DNA of 64,000 nt from Botryllus schlosseri (lineage: Eukaryota). The position numbers and the translations under genes were made by a program. The stretch spans positions 3,968,001-4,032,000 of the forward strand of contig CM119386.1 of NCBI GenBank assembly GCA_051294905.1, given 5' to 3'. The stretch's first letter is position 1. Each line of letters begins with the position of its first letter. Shown one piece after another: positions 49,531 through 62,902 of this stretch. Below the pieces are notes generated by a model. The model saw only the letters and a program-made list of their open reading frames with translations. It did not search any database and was not told the DNA's origin.

Positions 49531-50646
49531 TTTGGTGCACAGAGAGAGTCAGGACCGTGACTGCCGCACCCCAAACCCCCCAATCAGGGGTGGCAGAGCT
49601 CGAAGGGGCCCAAAGTTGGTATTACCATAAATCATAGAGTATTTTTTGGGAAATTTATGAAACCTTTTCAAAATAAAATTCGCGCCAGGCGCGATTTAAT
49701 GTTGTCAAATATATTGATTATTGGGTATACCTTTTCCCTCAACAAAAAATAAGCATGATTTATAGAAATGGGCACTTCAGCATCAGCCATTACCGCGCCA
49801 CGACGCACCACAACATATGAAGTTATAGGCTATGTAACATGCGACTCCGAGAAGTGTGCCAGAAGGATCAGCAGCGAGAAGATCTTGGCCGAAAAAGACT
49901 TGCCCTTGTGCTGACAGAAAACTTCGATATATAGATATATGTTTAATTGTCCATAGGCCCCTAAATGGCTGGCGCCGAATGTTCCTGTCCTGGCGATCTG
50001 ATTCCCATAAGACAAATGCCCACTCGAGGGAGCATTATTTGCCATTAAAGAAATACCAATTTGAAATCTTGTACGTCTTTTAGTCTGGTACGACTGGGCG
50101 ATTTCAATATCTTTTGACATAGAAGATAGGAGGTCATGAAATAGCATCATGTAAAGAAGTCATTATACCAACGGGTACACCTTTTCCAACACAACTCACT
50201 CAGCTCTACCGGTAAATCTGAGTACGTGAGCAGAGAGAGGATAAAAATTGATAGCAATATATATGCAATTCCCGATTATACTGACCGATTTAATCATGAA
50301 TTATAGAATTTTTTCGCGCTTCGCGCGTACAGGCGACACAAGCCCGCTCGCTAAACGGACACCAAATGTAGATGACAAGTAGCGGCAAAAAGCGTATAGC
50401 CTGAGGGGGTCTGGGGAACAAAGCCACCAGAAGTTAGGTTTATTACCCTATGGGAAGCCCAAGACCAACGTTTTTTTTTGGGGGGGAGGCTGGGGGCTGA
50501 CGAAGTAATGTTACGATCCTGGAGAGAGTTATTAATTTACGGACTTTCCCCAAGTTTTCCATGGTCCGTCCCGCCCCCGTTCACTCTCAGCACCCCTCCG
50601 AGGTCGCAAGCGCCCTCTTTGCGAACCACTGGACTATACGTTAGTG

Positions 50647-51798
50647 CAGGGGTGGGCAAACTTTTGAGCCAGCGGGCCGCATTCGACATCTGAATCCATT
50701 CGCGGGCCGCACTATATAAAATTGGGATTATGAACCAAAACACAATGTTGGTATTTGATTATATAGTGAGGACATTGAGATAATATATGTCTATTTATTA
50801 CAAACCAAACATTGCGTTGATGATATCGTACCCGTGTCAGAAACAGTGGCGAGATTTCATAGACTGGTCGACCTCAATAACCAATTGGTCAAAACTATAG
50901 AGATGACAGTCGGTTGTCCCGATTCTTAGAACAGCGACCTGTTCAAAGATTTAATAATTCCACTTTTGGTTCAGTTTCAGGACACACAATGCCGACAGCA
51001 TCATAACCATGTTAGCTTCTAACACGCTTCTACGCTGTGTAGATAATACATAAATACTTAAATCCTACGCATAACGAATCTACCTAAGACACGCGTGAAT
51101 CGTTTTTTATAAGCACGACCACTGAAATAATAAAACCAGAGTGGCCAATCTAAAATCTGCACACACGTGATCCGAATTATGTCAATCTCATTTAGGATTT
51201 TTGTGATGTTTAGCAGTTGAAACCTTTCAAACTGCGTTAGCCTTGTGTCGTCGGGCTGTCGGATCAGAAATTAAACATAAAAAATAATATAGGAAGTATT
51301 TACCTCGGAACAGTGGTTATCAAACTTTGTAAAACACGCCCCCCTCCGTTATGATGGTGAAAGATATCGTGCCCCCCTTATTGTCATATCACAAAAGGCA
51401 ACTAGGATGCTAGCCAACCTAATGGACAGTTTGATGGCATGTAGGTTACGACCATGGATGAGAGATTTTAATATATGAAATTCAGACTAAAGACGAATCA
51501 GCAGTAAATCGCGCGAAGCGCGAAAATTTTCTTTAGTTGAGCTCAGCTTCGCGCCCCCCTTTATATGCTTTCACGCCTCCAAGTGGGGCGCACCCCCAGT
51601 TTGAGAACCACTGCGTTAGAATTATCATGGTGATAAAGATATATACTAAGAAAAAGTTTAATCAAGTCCCTGCATTAATTCGATTTTTAGTACGCATTTT
51701 ATCACTATTTTCAATAAGTTTCTTTAAACTCTCGCGGGCCGCACAGAACGGTGTTGCGGGCCGCATGCGGCCCGCGGGCCGTAGTTTGCCCACCCCTG
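50647..51798. mobile_element. hAT (Buster-type) MITE, 1152 bp
   Basis: 16-bp TIR CAGGGGTGGGCAAACT; GCGGGCCG motifs; perfect TSD CGTTAGTG (50639-50646, 51799-51806). Confidence 0.92.
51311..51613. mobile_element. Small CAGTGGTT-ended MITE-like segment inside 50647-51798
   Basis: CAGTGGTTATCAAAC ... GTTTGAGAACCACTG (14/15), but the flanks CCTCGGAA / CGTTAGAA do not form a TSD. Confidence 0.55.
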
Positions 51799-52175
51799 CG
51801 TTAGTGCGTTGCAGGTATTTGGACAACATCGTGATTTGTAGACACTCACATATAAGTCGCAACTGGGTGTACGATGTAATATCCTCAAACCACCCCCACC
51901 CAAACGACTGACCAAGATGTAAGCTACCAAAACTCATCATGCATAATAGCCCCCCAAGTAAAAGCTGAATATGATTGCATGGCGGCCACGCACCAATACC
52001 GTGGACGCGACAGATCACTTAGTTTGACTCTTCTCCGATAATATAGCTCATTGTGTGGCATGTATAATTTCAGGCTTAGTTGAGTTATAGGTCGCCTGAT
52101 TCTGAGTCTGTTTGAGAATGAATTAATGAAGCCCTTGGATTTATCCACAATATCGCATGAGTAGTACGCCAGTGC

Positions 52176-53677
52176 CAGTGACGTGCGGTGAGGTTCATGG
52201 ATGGTGAGGCACGGACCCCTCCACACACACACACGCATACACACACAAACACGCACGCACGTAAAGTACCTGATAAAGACACCCAAAATGTGAATAACAA
52301 CAGTAGCGAGTATAGAGAGCATTTTCTTTGCACACTGATAGATAGCCGCTGCAATTCCACATTACATGTGGGACTGGTCGCTATCGTGCTAAATGGGCAA
52401 GTTTAGACGGATAATAATTACTATCTCTTCAAGTACCGGTATAAATTATTCGAAGCTCATCAAAGTAGCGTCCTCATTTTCAAATATTTTTTCAGTAAAA
52501 AAACACTAGATTTGCCGAATTTCGGAAGAAAATACACAGGGCACTAGGTCAAGTAAAAATACACTAGATCTAATGTAGAAGCACTAGGAGTGGCACCACT
52601 GACCACTGACCACAAACAACGACAACGCAGGCTATGTAAGTATAGCTACCGCATACCACAATTAAGGTTATTATTATTATTAAAAGTTTTCAGTGGCACT
52701 TATCACCTGTTAAGGTCTTGTGTGCAACGGACGCAAATAAGTTCAGGAAAGCTTAGGAAAAGGGCACTCAGCATGAAAACGGCACTCAGATGTATCTAGC
52801 ACTTGATAGGACCAATTCAGAAACAGCGGGCGATAGGGCAGAGTTAGACAACACTCCAAACAGATTAAAATGAAGGTTGAGCCTAGTACACTCCTCGCGC
52901 AGAAATATGCGATAAAATTGATATTCCGGACATACAATAACGAAATGGTACACTGTTTCGGGTACATGACAACGTTCACAAAGGGTTATAGGTATTGCAG
53001 TTGAACACACCATAAAGGCCACGAACAACGACAGCAGCCTATGCAAGTAGCTATCACATAGCACAATTTAACGGAAAAAACATAACAGCTACATAAGTAA
53101 GTATTTGCTCCGCATTACGTATTGGCCGTCGCTACTAGATATAATTCCTACAAGACTGTTGGATTCTGAAATCGGTAGCGCGTTTGACTGTGCTGCGATT
53201 GTCCAATTGTTAGCGAATAATGCATGAGGCAGATTCGTTTGTGCCTCACCTGACAATTGTTTCTCTGCGATGGCATTGTCTGTGATAAAGCCGAATGTCA
53301 CCTTCCTTGGCAATTTTTGGGGGTTCTGGTGCTCTGACACTGTTAATATGATGATTTTCGGAATCAGTGGGACGATAGCATTTGATTGATACCAGTTGTT
53401 ATGAATTCCGAGCAATTTATGATAAATTGCATTGTCGCAGGTGAGGCACGACCCGCCCGTGCCTCACCTGTGCCTTAACTCTCCAAACGCGCTGTATTTT
53501 TGAATAATAATTATGCAAATTGATGATATTGGGTGAAAAAATATTCAAATTTAGTTATTTATGAACATCGATGTAAAATATCAATAATCATCGACTCGAT
53601 TTTCACAATGTTCACTTACTCGCCCTGAAGACAGGTGAGGCACTGCCTCACCTGCCTCATTGGACCGCACGTCACTG
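52176..53677. mobile_element. hAT MITE (1502 bp, GTGAGGCA repeats) containing a LINE fragment
   Basis: 14-bp TIR CAGTGACGTGCGGT; perfect TSD GCCAGTGC (52168-52175, 53678-53685). A partial relative starts at ~57778. Confidence 0.9.
52668..53020 (-). mobile_element. 3' end of an I-group LINE with CCHC finger and (AAT)n tail
   Basis: LCERCHVPETVYHFVIVCPEYQFYRIFLR matches CxxC...ETVxH...CPxY..R; (TTA)n on + at 52668-52682 is the tail. Confidence 0.7.
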
Positions 53678-53886
53678 GCCAGTGCGTATCAGGGTAAGCT
53701 ATGAAGTTGGTTGACGCCGTGGGCACATCAATACAACCATTACATTAATTAATCGCTCATCTCCTTTTAGCACCATCAATATATGTTTGAAGATATTATG
53801 CTGAAGGCATTCGGCACCATACGTAAACCCTGAAATACAATTTTTGTCAGGCGACTCCAACACATATAATGTACTTTTATCGTCAG

Positions 53887-54022
53887 ATGGAGAGGCATTC
53901 ATCCTTTGCTAAGGAGGAGTATATGTACGATTATTCTCGCAATATGTGGAGTACTGACGGGTGTTGCTTTGATTCTCGTGGAAACAAATGCAAAATCTAC
54001 AGCTGAGTGTCAATGCAATACT
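53887..54022 (+). CDS. Candidate internal exon A of an orphan membrane protein (TM1)
   Basis: CTTTTATCGTCAG|A TGG...AAT ACT|GTGAG; WRGIHPLLRRSICTIILAICGVLTGVALILVETNAKSTAECQCNT; needs an unidentified phase-2 upstream exon. Confidence 0.5.
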
Positions 54023-54081
54023 GTGAGATAGTGTACCGACGAAGCGTATCATGATCTTAACATGAACTTTTTAATTTTCAG

Positions 54082-54210
54082 ATTTATATAGTAGGAGTAT
54101 CCATAGTTGTTTTCTCCAGTGTGGTGTGTCTTGTAGGCCTATTATGGTTATGCAGAAGTTATAAGAGAATGCGGCGGGAAGGGGTCCCAAAGGCAACCGA
54201 AAACCAGAAG
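54082..54210 (+). CDS. Candidate internal exon B of an orphan membrane protein (TM2 and basic stop-transfer)
   Basis: Follows a 59-nt intron (CTTTTTAATTTTCAG|); IYIVGVSIVVFSSVVCLVGLLWLCRSYKRMRREGVPKATENQK|GTAACG; in frame with exon A. Confidence 0.55.
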
Positions 54211-54603
54211 GTAACGAGTCTGTTAACTGTATACATGTGTCAGTATAACTGCCGAATCCTGTTTCATGATCACCATTCCCATTGCTGTGGTCAATCTGGT
54301 CATGATCCATGACCATGGCTATATATATATTTCAGATAGGCCTACACAAATCATATTTATAGTAGCATAATCGCTAAAATCACAGGCACCGTTAGACCCT
54401 ACTTCAATCACTGAAATTTACAAATGCAGAGGTAACAATGGCAATTACCGAAATACATAAGTTTATGTCAATCCGCGGAATGTATTTTTAATGAACCTTC
54501 AGCAATGTTTTTACTTTACTGTATGTCTAGGCTACAGCGTATAGATTAACAACTTGATTCGACAATTCTGATGCTATTCTATTTGTACTGTGTATACCTA
54601 CAA

Positions 54604-55477
54604 CAGGGGCGGGCAACTTCTCCAGTCGGCGGGCCGGATATATGAAAATTAAGCACTTATTGGCGGGCCGGATCGATGAATCGACACATTATTCGCCCAT
54701 TTATCCACATATACAAGGTGTAAATCGTATTTAATGAATGTATGTTAACGACAGCAATGTCACTTCAAAGCCATTTCTCGCCCATAATGATGAAGACAAT
54801 GTGGGTTCGAGAACAGCATTGTCATACAGGCGCCGCCATGTCTGCTTCTCTCTGATCAATCAACACACGGTGCAATGCAATCACTAATTAAGATTTCAAG
54901 GCGTTCGATAAGCCCGGTACCCCAAATTTACCAAGATATCAATTCATTAGGGCTGAGTAGATGACGAGATAGTGTCGTTGTTCCACTATGTGGCCTATTT
55001 ATCTCGATATTGAATCCATGCGGACCGCGGCTTCTACGACATTTGAAAAGTGGCCCGTGACCCGTTTTGAGTAGGCGACCCCTGGCATAAGCGGTGTCTT
55101 ACAAAAGCCTAGAAGTGTGCCGTGCTACAAGTCGGCAGCTACGGAATCAAAAGTAAGAAATATCGGCCTGGTGTAAATGACCATTGTAGTCGACAAACGC
55201 CATGATTATCACAAACGATATTTGGGTTGAGTACATCGTAAATGCCGATAATGCAAGTCTTCCCGCTTCAACGAACTTACGCGTAAGCTCCACTCTCGCA
55301 CGCTGCGCAGTGCGCATACATGTATATAATAACAATCAGTCACCAAAATTTGACGTAGTAAGCAAGTAGCGGGGAATCTCGGCAGATTGTATCCGCGGGC
55401 CACATTATCATATAAGACGGAAAACTGTCCGCGGGCCGGACAAAATCACTTTGCGGGCCGTATGTTGCCCGCCCCTG
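54604..55477. mobile_element. hAT (Buster-type) MITE, 874 bp
   Basis: 14-bp TIR CAGGGGCGGGCAAC; perfect TSD ACCTACAA (54596-54603, 55478-55485). Confidence 0.92.
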
Positions 55478-57150
55478 ACCTACAACATTGTTAGCAACCA
55501 ACTCTCGGTCTGTCGGGGATATCTAGATAACATGTCCCCATCTTTGTATATCCTGTATCGTGTGACATCGTATTATTTTGTAATAACATGAGATGTCTAC
55601 CTATTTAAACATCCGAAGGAGACGGTTCCGGGCCATATGAAAATCAAGAATGATATTTGCCTTATTGTGATTCCTAATAACGAATTACACACGTTTTCAG
55701 AATACCGTTCAGTCCACGGATACTAGAATAATTTCACGAGATTCCGTTCAATTACTTCCTTTTGTTGCAAAAATCCACGTACCTATTATAGTATTTTATT
55801 TAACGAAGCTCAAATATGAATGAGAAAAATCTGAGATAACGAAATAAAATAGGCCCGAGAAGCATTACCTCCCTCCCGGGATCACCGGTGCTTTTGAAAA
55901 TCATTCGCACAATGTTCAATTCTACGTGAGTTAATCTAATACATTTCTGCTTGCTGATGAGTAGGGCGTTTTTTTTACATGTCAAAATTTGTCAAAATTT
56001 TGTCAAAATTGTAGCGTTAGGTCAGAATGAGTCAAAATTGTTTACTAAGTCAAAATTCTTTTGACCTCTGCATTTCGTTTGCATCGTAGATTTTGCACTG
56101 TCGGTGAACTTATCATTTGATATTTTACAGCTTGTAGCCTACTTTATAGGACTACCGTTGTAAACGGCCCATCGTCTGCTCATTGTGAATCATAAACGGT
56201 CAAATGAAACAAATAGGTTGACATGGTTTTAAGGTCAACGTACCGCAATATCCTAACTGAAACAAGACTGCTTGGGCATTGCATGGTTCTTATATCAAGA
56301 AGCGCAAGATGGAAAATAGTGACGTAGACAACATTGTCAGAATGAAGCAACACGGTGTGTCAAAAAAATCGCCCTACTGATGAGTTACCAGCACAGTATA
56401 GATGACAAAACACGAAGATATACAACTGAGCAGTGAGCAATCTACCTCGCAAAGGTGTAGCCTTGCCCTTGATAAAAGGCATCCCCCAGTGTATTAGACC
56501 TTGGAGAAAATTAACATCAGAGATGTCTTAGGTCTGGTATGATAACAGTCACAATCCTACCCCTACATCTACAATACAGGGTCAGTGCCCTGTACAAAAC
56601 GCAAAGTTCCTCTAAATGCAACGGTGTTGATGTTTGTGTCGTAGCTTCATTTACTCGGATTAACATTGTGTCATATAGACGAGTTGCGTCATAAAAGGTT
56701 GCATATTTACATCATCAATTTTTGTAGGTGTTACAAAGCGATATTACATTGGATCGACGACAGCGGCAGGCAACTATGTGACTGTGAACAGTATTACAAT
56801 AACATGAATCGGTCGATATCGACAACATTCTATTTTTGTAAAGCGTTCAGCTTTTCTATAGAAATTTGCCATAGCAAATTTGATATACTATTTTGAAATA
56901 TTCGGAAATATATGCGTTATATTCAACAGTAAAGTGCTCGTAGAAATTAAATCACGGGGCTGATTTGTTCGTGTCGACTGCTATTTGGCACTGAGTACGC
57001 ATCTACAGTACGCAAATGATATATGTGGATTGTGGATTTCACCATGGCGCGTGGTTTGAATCCATTCGGCGGCGGCTTCTTGCACGAATTTAACCTTTAC
57101 ATCCATACCAGTTGGCATTAATGAGTCAGATAACCATATACAAATGAAGT

Positions 57151-57540
57151 CATAACATAACATAATATAACATCGTTGGGTTATATTTTTCATCTGAACA
57201 GTCACACACAATGTACAATGCGATAAGACACACTGCGATGTCATGAACAGTTAGGAGGATGTCGAACGACACGCATCAGTAGCGATCCTTTTCTCTAACA
57301 TCCACCTCGGCCTGGAATGCCCGATGTCACAGTTCTTATCGATGTTGATCTTTTTCGAAGCCGCGGTACTTTCTACTAGTTCTTTCCATTCCTTGTGAGT
57401 GCTTTCTTTCGTCGGGTCTTTTTACTGGGCTTTTTTGTCGCCGTAAGAACGGCAACGGCGGGGAAAGAGGAGCCCAGATAAACTATAGATAAACCTCCGA
57501 GGGGAATCGAACCCGATGGGCGCTTATCGTAACCACTACT
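57151..57540 (-). mobile_element. tRNA-derived SINE, same family as 4921-5322
   Basis: Reverse complement aligns over ~390 bp, including the B-box GGTTCGATTCCC and the (TGTTA)n tail. Confidence 0.88.
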
Positions 57541-58289
57541 GTTAGAATCAGTTCTGCGTACGTTTAACATTTGGCGACTTATTCCCGGCGTGGTATACGT
57601 CGATGTTTACTGAAAAGATTTTGCGCTTGTCGCCTGACGGCCTTTTGCACCACGTATAATAAAAAACATATTGTATACCACGAAACGAGTTCATATGAAA
57701 TAACGAAAAAATATCAGAATAGAGCATACGGAACAGCCTCACCTCCACAACCAAAAACCACCTCACCGTGTACGCACCAGAGACGTGCGATGAGGTTCAT
57801 GATTATCGAGTCAGATTCACAAATATATAAAACCTAAAAGATTAGCTTATACAGTTGGCAAATTGTTTCTGAAAACATTACCACTCTCCGTGCGCTGGCT
57901 CCGTAAGCGTGGATTGTAAACTTGCTGTGTATCAACTATTGGAGTGAACAATAGTTAACAAAAACATAACTTCCATCATCATGAGAAGGTATTTTATCAG
58001 CACTACCCGTATGTTGGCCGTCGCGAAGTGTTGATTGCATCACTGCGAATGTATGGAATGCAGACTTACGATCTGGTGGCAGATTTATTCGTGCCTCGCG
58101 ACAAGGGATATCTAGAACTGCTCACCGTGCTGCTATCGTACGGAATGTTGGACCAACAGTCGGTGCGGCAAATTAAATTGTGCCTTCACCTGTCGTTTAA
58201 CTGAGCTGTTATGTGACGTAACAAATCCAAATTTCAAAATTCTAGGCGCTTTTCTGGGGGTCCTATCAATGACTGTGCGTGTGCACAGT

Positions 58290-58684
58290 AGGGGTGTTCA
58301 AAAATGACTTTTTCTCAAATTGTACTGGCTACTTGATTAAATTGTTAGGTTACCTAATTTAAGCCTACACACCAAATTTGGTTTAATCCCAGTCGGTAGC
58401 CGCATTGCTACAGGAGAACAAAGTTTCTATTTATTATATAAGAATGAATAAACAAAAATTTCAAAATTTTCTGTTCACCTCATGAAAGTGTTAGGTTGTC
58501 TATAGAAACGATGTTCACCAAATTGGGCTCAATTCCAACCAGTGAAAGCGGAGTTATTGCCGTGGAAAAATTTGGATTTGAATAATAAGAAGAATTAGTC
58601 ACCGTTAACACTATTTTATTGATAATCCAAATTTTTCGACGGCAATTACTCCGCTTCATGGCATGGTCATTCTTGAACACCCCT
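58290..58684. mobile_element. Internally deleted relative of the 32220-32876 foldback
   Basis: Left arm homologous to 32220-32540; short right arm; AGGGGTGTTCAA TIR; flanks TGCACAGT / TGTACAGT (7/8). A more diverged one-arm copy lies at ~60730-61085. Confidence 0.8.
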
Positions 58685-60325
58685 TGTACAGTGCAGTGGT
58701 TCGCAAACTATAGTTCGCGAGACAATTTTCTTGGGCCGAGAAGCACGCTTCCAAGAAATCGATGCGATCCCGAATAAAAGATTATGTAGAAGAAAAAGTT
58801 ATGCGACCAATATTGCGAGATGTTAATAGACGAACTCAATGTCAGATAAACATCAACGTTCGATGCATTGAGCTGAGTTAGTCACGTCTAGCCTGCCTTT
58901 GACCCTCGGACATTGAAATGCACAGTGCACAGTGCACACGCATGGGGGTTACGCAACATCACCCTCTGGCTGCCCTTCGTTAACTACACAAAAAGATTTC
59001 GCAATGGTCGACCCGTCAACACAAATTGAATTTCTCGTCAGCACACGACAGCATTATGCACACGCAGTCGATTGCGTCACAAGTTACCTGGAGTGTGTGC
59101 CTTTGCACTTCACTGATCCAGTTATGTAAATAATCAAGGCTGATTCAGCAATGATACGGGGCGCGAACTTACCAGAAGTGAGACGTGACGCTCAGAGTCC
59201 GCACCGTGATCAAATGGCGCGATCGCTCTCTAAGATGACGCTCAAACGAAGGTGTTATTCAATAAAAAGGTTATCCGTGACCCCACACGGAACTGACTTC
59301 ACTCATCTTCTCACGCGGTCCACCCACTAACCGAGTAAACTTTCGGATTTGTGACGAACCGATCGAAGTGTTCTGTAAGCTGTTGGCGTGAGGTTCGAAG
59401 CAAGCAGATCCAATCCTTTGCACTATTCAAACTCACAACTGCATGAAAATAGCCGAAATTCACGACACTCATCTATTCGAGGCATTGAAACGATTGTGGA
59501 GTGAACATTCGCAATTTGCAAGACACAATTATTGGCTACATAGAAATCACAATGCGAGTTACTGGTATTACATCAGCTGTTTGTTCGCACGAGACGAAGG
59601 TAGAGCCTAGAACGAAGTTGCAATGGCTCATCAAAACAGCGATATGAAATTGTTTCGTGATTGCTAAACATCCGATTACTTGCTATATCGAGGTGTCAAT
59701 CCACTATTGTATATAGTCAGCAATGACAAATACCAAATAAAAATTAAAAACAAAAGTAGTTTAGTGCTCTATCCACTCGCCATAGTCATTTCCATCCATC
59801 ATGATTCGTACAGGAATAGATAAAAATTCGCAAAGCAAAAATATCATATGACATAAGAAACACTGTACGTGCCAACGTGCGAACAGGTGACATCTAGAAA
59901 AGCAGCGCTAATAAAAACTAGCCACAGTAACAATATGAGCGCTTCCAATGCATAAGTTTACGAGGAAATACAAAAATCCCAGACGGCTCGAAGTAAATGA
60001 AGATACGTATTCATTCATGTGCACGCTGGATTACAGCTACACCTAACCGATTCGACACATGCGCGGACCGTACACCCTTCCGACAAAGTTGAACGACACG
60101 GAACAAAAAGATAATTGCATACTCTTACCGATAGTGAATAAAATTATGTCAGGAATCAGAAACGATGTCCTTCATCTCATCTGCTACCATCTAAATTTCA
60201 TTGGGGGGTTAACAGAGGTAAACACAAACCACTGATACAAAGAAGAATGGTAAGCTATAATAAATAACGACAAAGCGATTACTGGTTCGACGGAGGGGTT
60301 GAGCCGGAGAACGGTGCGGTCCGTA

Positions 60326-60454
60326 CTAGGACGAACCGACGCCGGCGCTTCTGCTCCGGAGGTTCATGCCGAATGAGGAGTTCTTCGTCGAACGCAAGTC
60401 GTGTCCGTTGGTTTTGGCGGAGGAGTCCGTGCTGGCGTCCGTCTTCTTTTCATC
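60326..60454 (-). CDS. ELOVL: ELOVL3/6-like elongase, candidate last exon (C-terminal extension)
   Basis: CTGATTTTAG|GAT; DEKKTDASTDSSAKTNGHDLRSTKNSSFGMNLRSRSAGVGSS* (TAG at 60326-60328); phase 0; GC-rich, coding-like composition. Confidence 0.7.
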   Translation of the reverse strand, partial: DEKKTDASTDSSAKTNGHDLRSTKNSSFGMNLRSRSAGVGSS

Positions 60455-61423
60455 CTAAAATCAGATTACCGTGAATGATAACGCCGACTCTAGCACTCGC
60501 CGACGGCACGGAGGCTGCTACGCTTATATTAGGTTTGCATTTTAACGTGATCACGACGGAAAGCGGAAATATAATCAGAGGTGGTCAGCAACGAAGCAAT
60601 ACTACTTTTTCGAAGTATTTAAACCGGTTGTAACTACGTCCTAAAGTGGTTAGGCTTCAGACCACAGGATTTCAACAGGTCCCGTTTTAGATTTTGTCAT
60701 GTGGAGACTCGTATGTGGAGAGACTCGAGCTGTTCAAAAAAACTTTTCTTCAGATTTCACTGGCTATGTGACAAAATTGTTAGGTTGGTGACAACAACGC
60801 TGCACACCAACTTTAGCTCAATTCCAACCAGTATAAGCGATTTTCTTGCAGTAGAAAGTTTTGAATTTATCATTAAAAATTAAAAAATTGAATTTCAAAA
60901 TTTTTCTGTCAACCTCATAAAATTGTTAGTCTGTCAGTAGAGATGATGCACACTAAATTTGGCTCGATTCCAACCACTAGAAGCGAAGTTATTGCAGTAC
61001 AACAATTTCCAATTCTATTATTTTACAATAAATGATCAAAGAGTTACCCCACCGTAAATACTATTTTGTTCAAATCAAAATTTTTCTTTCCATTATTGAT
61101 TTGGATCCGGCGACCATATGAAACGAATTCGGAAATTGAATATACTTGCCACTAACAACTGTGTGAACATAGTGTATACCTTTTCCGCACACACTAATTT
61201 TCAAACCCAGAACACCAAATTTGCCCTCTGTTAAAGTTAAAGCATCACATAATACCTATGGCGTTTCCAGTGAATCATCTAGTATTGTTTGCCGAGCGGT
61301 GCAACATAGATTTCCATTCAGGGTCATCGACGTATCCGTTGCGTTAACCAATCAACGCCATTTAACCCGTTTTCTCGCATATCATATCTTTGAAATCAAG
61401 AATAAAAGAAATGATATACACAC

Positions 61424-61609
61424 CTTCAGAGCAGCGGCACGCCCAGGCTTTATGTATGCTCCGTAGAAGAAGTTGCAGAAAAGCACGAGGTACGAGAAGT
61501 ACATAAGTCCCCCGTACAACAAGTGCTTGGACTCGGTTTTGCAATCGTCATCATTCTGCCACATGTATAGACAGCAAAATGTAGCCACGCCGAGAACCAT
61601 TTGCGCGAT
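61424..61609 (-). CDS. ELOVL: ELOVL3/6-like elongase, penultimate exon
   Basis: CCTTTAG|ATC; IAQMVLGVATFCCLYMWQNDDDCKTESKHLLYGGLMYFSYLVLFCNFFYGAYIKPGRAAALK|GTGTGT; matches the QM...MYxSYLVLFxxFF..AY motif of ELOVL6/3. Confidence 0.93.
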
Positions 61610-61865
61610 CTAAAGGCAAAGGCACGCACGATGATCAACATGCAATAAATGCACAAATCTATGTCAAGACTTGCATGCCATGTGATACGTCATAATAATA
61701 GCGTCTGCCAAGAGTTACCTCACACCAGTGATACGGAACATGTGACATGAATAATATTCAGCCGAATATAAGGATGCATCTTGTAAATACTGAAATGTGT
61801 TCACAGTTCACATCATCCTATGGCTGCAGCTGCTGTTGAACCAGATATTTTACGATGCTCTAAGA

Positions 61866-62902
61866 CAGTGGTTCTCAACCGGGGGTCCGCGAAGCATTTT
61901 CAGGGGGTCTGCGAGGCCTCTAAATTTACGAAATAGTTGATAACATTATTTTGAGTTTTTAAATTGGGAAAATCACGAGGCAGTTTCGCTTCATTACTAG
62001 TAGAACTCACATATACAGAATGACCGTCTGATATGAAATATCCTACTGCGCAGACTCATTTTATTTGCTAAATTGCCAATAGCTTACTGATACAAATATG
62101 TTGCTGTATGGAGGTGTCTTGTTGGAGAATGTGTAAAAATAAAAAGTTTGATTAGTCAATCATAGTGACTTGGAAATGTTTATAAAAATCCTTTTTCTCC
62201 TGTGATATACATAACCATTTTCCATAATAACTTGAGCTAGTATAGATAGAAATGACAAGGCTGGACCGTATTATGTTCAATGACAAAATTAGTTTGTCAA
62301 TTTCGGTGCCATATTTGTTGCGATCACATCCAAATGTGTCATCGAAAGCGTTACGCGTTACGTTACGTCATTCCATTCGCCACCACCTTTCTTTGTGAAA
62401 ACGGATTTTCAACGCTCGTTTATACCGAATCGAAGGCGCGGATTTTCAAGACACGACCACGCATCTCAAAACATTCCTCTTCAGAATTCGCTTTAAATTA
62501 ATAAAAGTATTTCCAATTTCTACATAAATAAAAGGCTATGACGTTTTTCTCAAGAATCGTCAGAGGTCACTTCGTTGCTGTTTATTACTATCCTACAGTT
62601 GTTATTTGCGGGGGCCAGAAAACGGTCGCACGATGAAAGAGTTAAATTTGAAGTGAAACTTTGGGGCAGTTGCAGAATTCGCTTTGAAATATAAAGTCAA
62701 CCCTATTTCTACAAATATAGTACGTTCTCCAAGAAAAGTCATTTTGTTGCTGTTTATCACTAGCCTACAGTTATCATATTCAGAAGACAGATGACGATTG
62801 CACGATAATTGAGCTAAATTTGACACAAAACTTCGTGGGGGTCCGCGGGATCCGTGACGGTTCAAAAGGGGTCCGCGAAGACAAAAAGGTTGAGAACCAC
62901 TG
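61866..62902. mobile_element. Buster/Charlie-family hAT deletion derivative in an ELOVL intron
   Basis: 15-bp TIR CAGTGGTTCTCAACC; perfect TSD CTCTAAGA (61858-61865, 62903-62910); retains the dimerisation-domain remnant IPFATTFLCENGFSTL (~62370-62425). Confidence 0.92.

Noticed and set aside
55701-56390. Downstream exons of the two-TM gene
   Set aside because: Several phase-0 acceptors give short plausible peptides and none can be preferred without transcript data.
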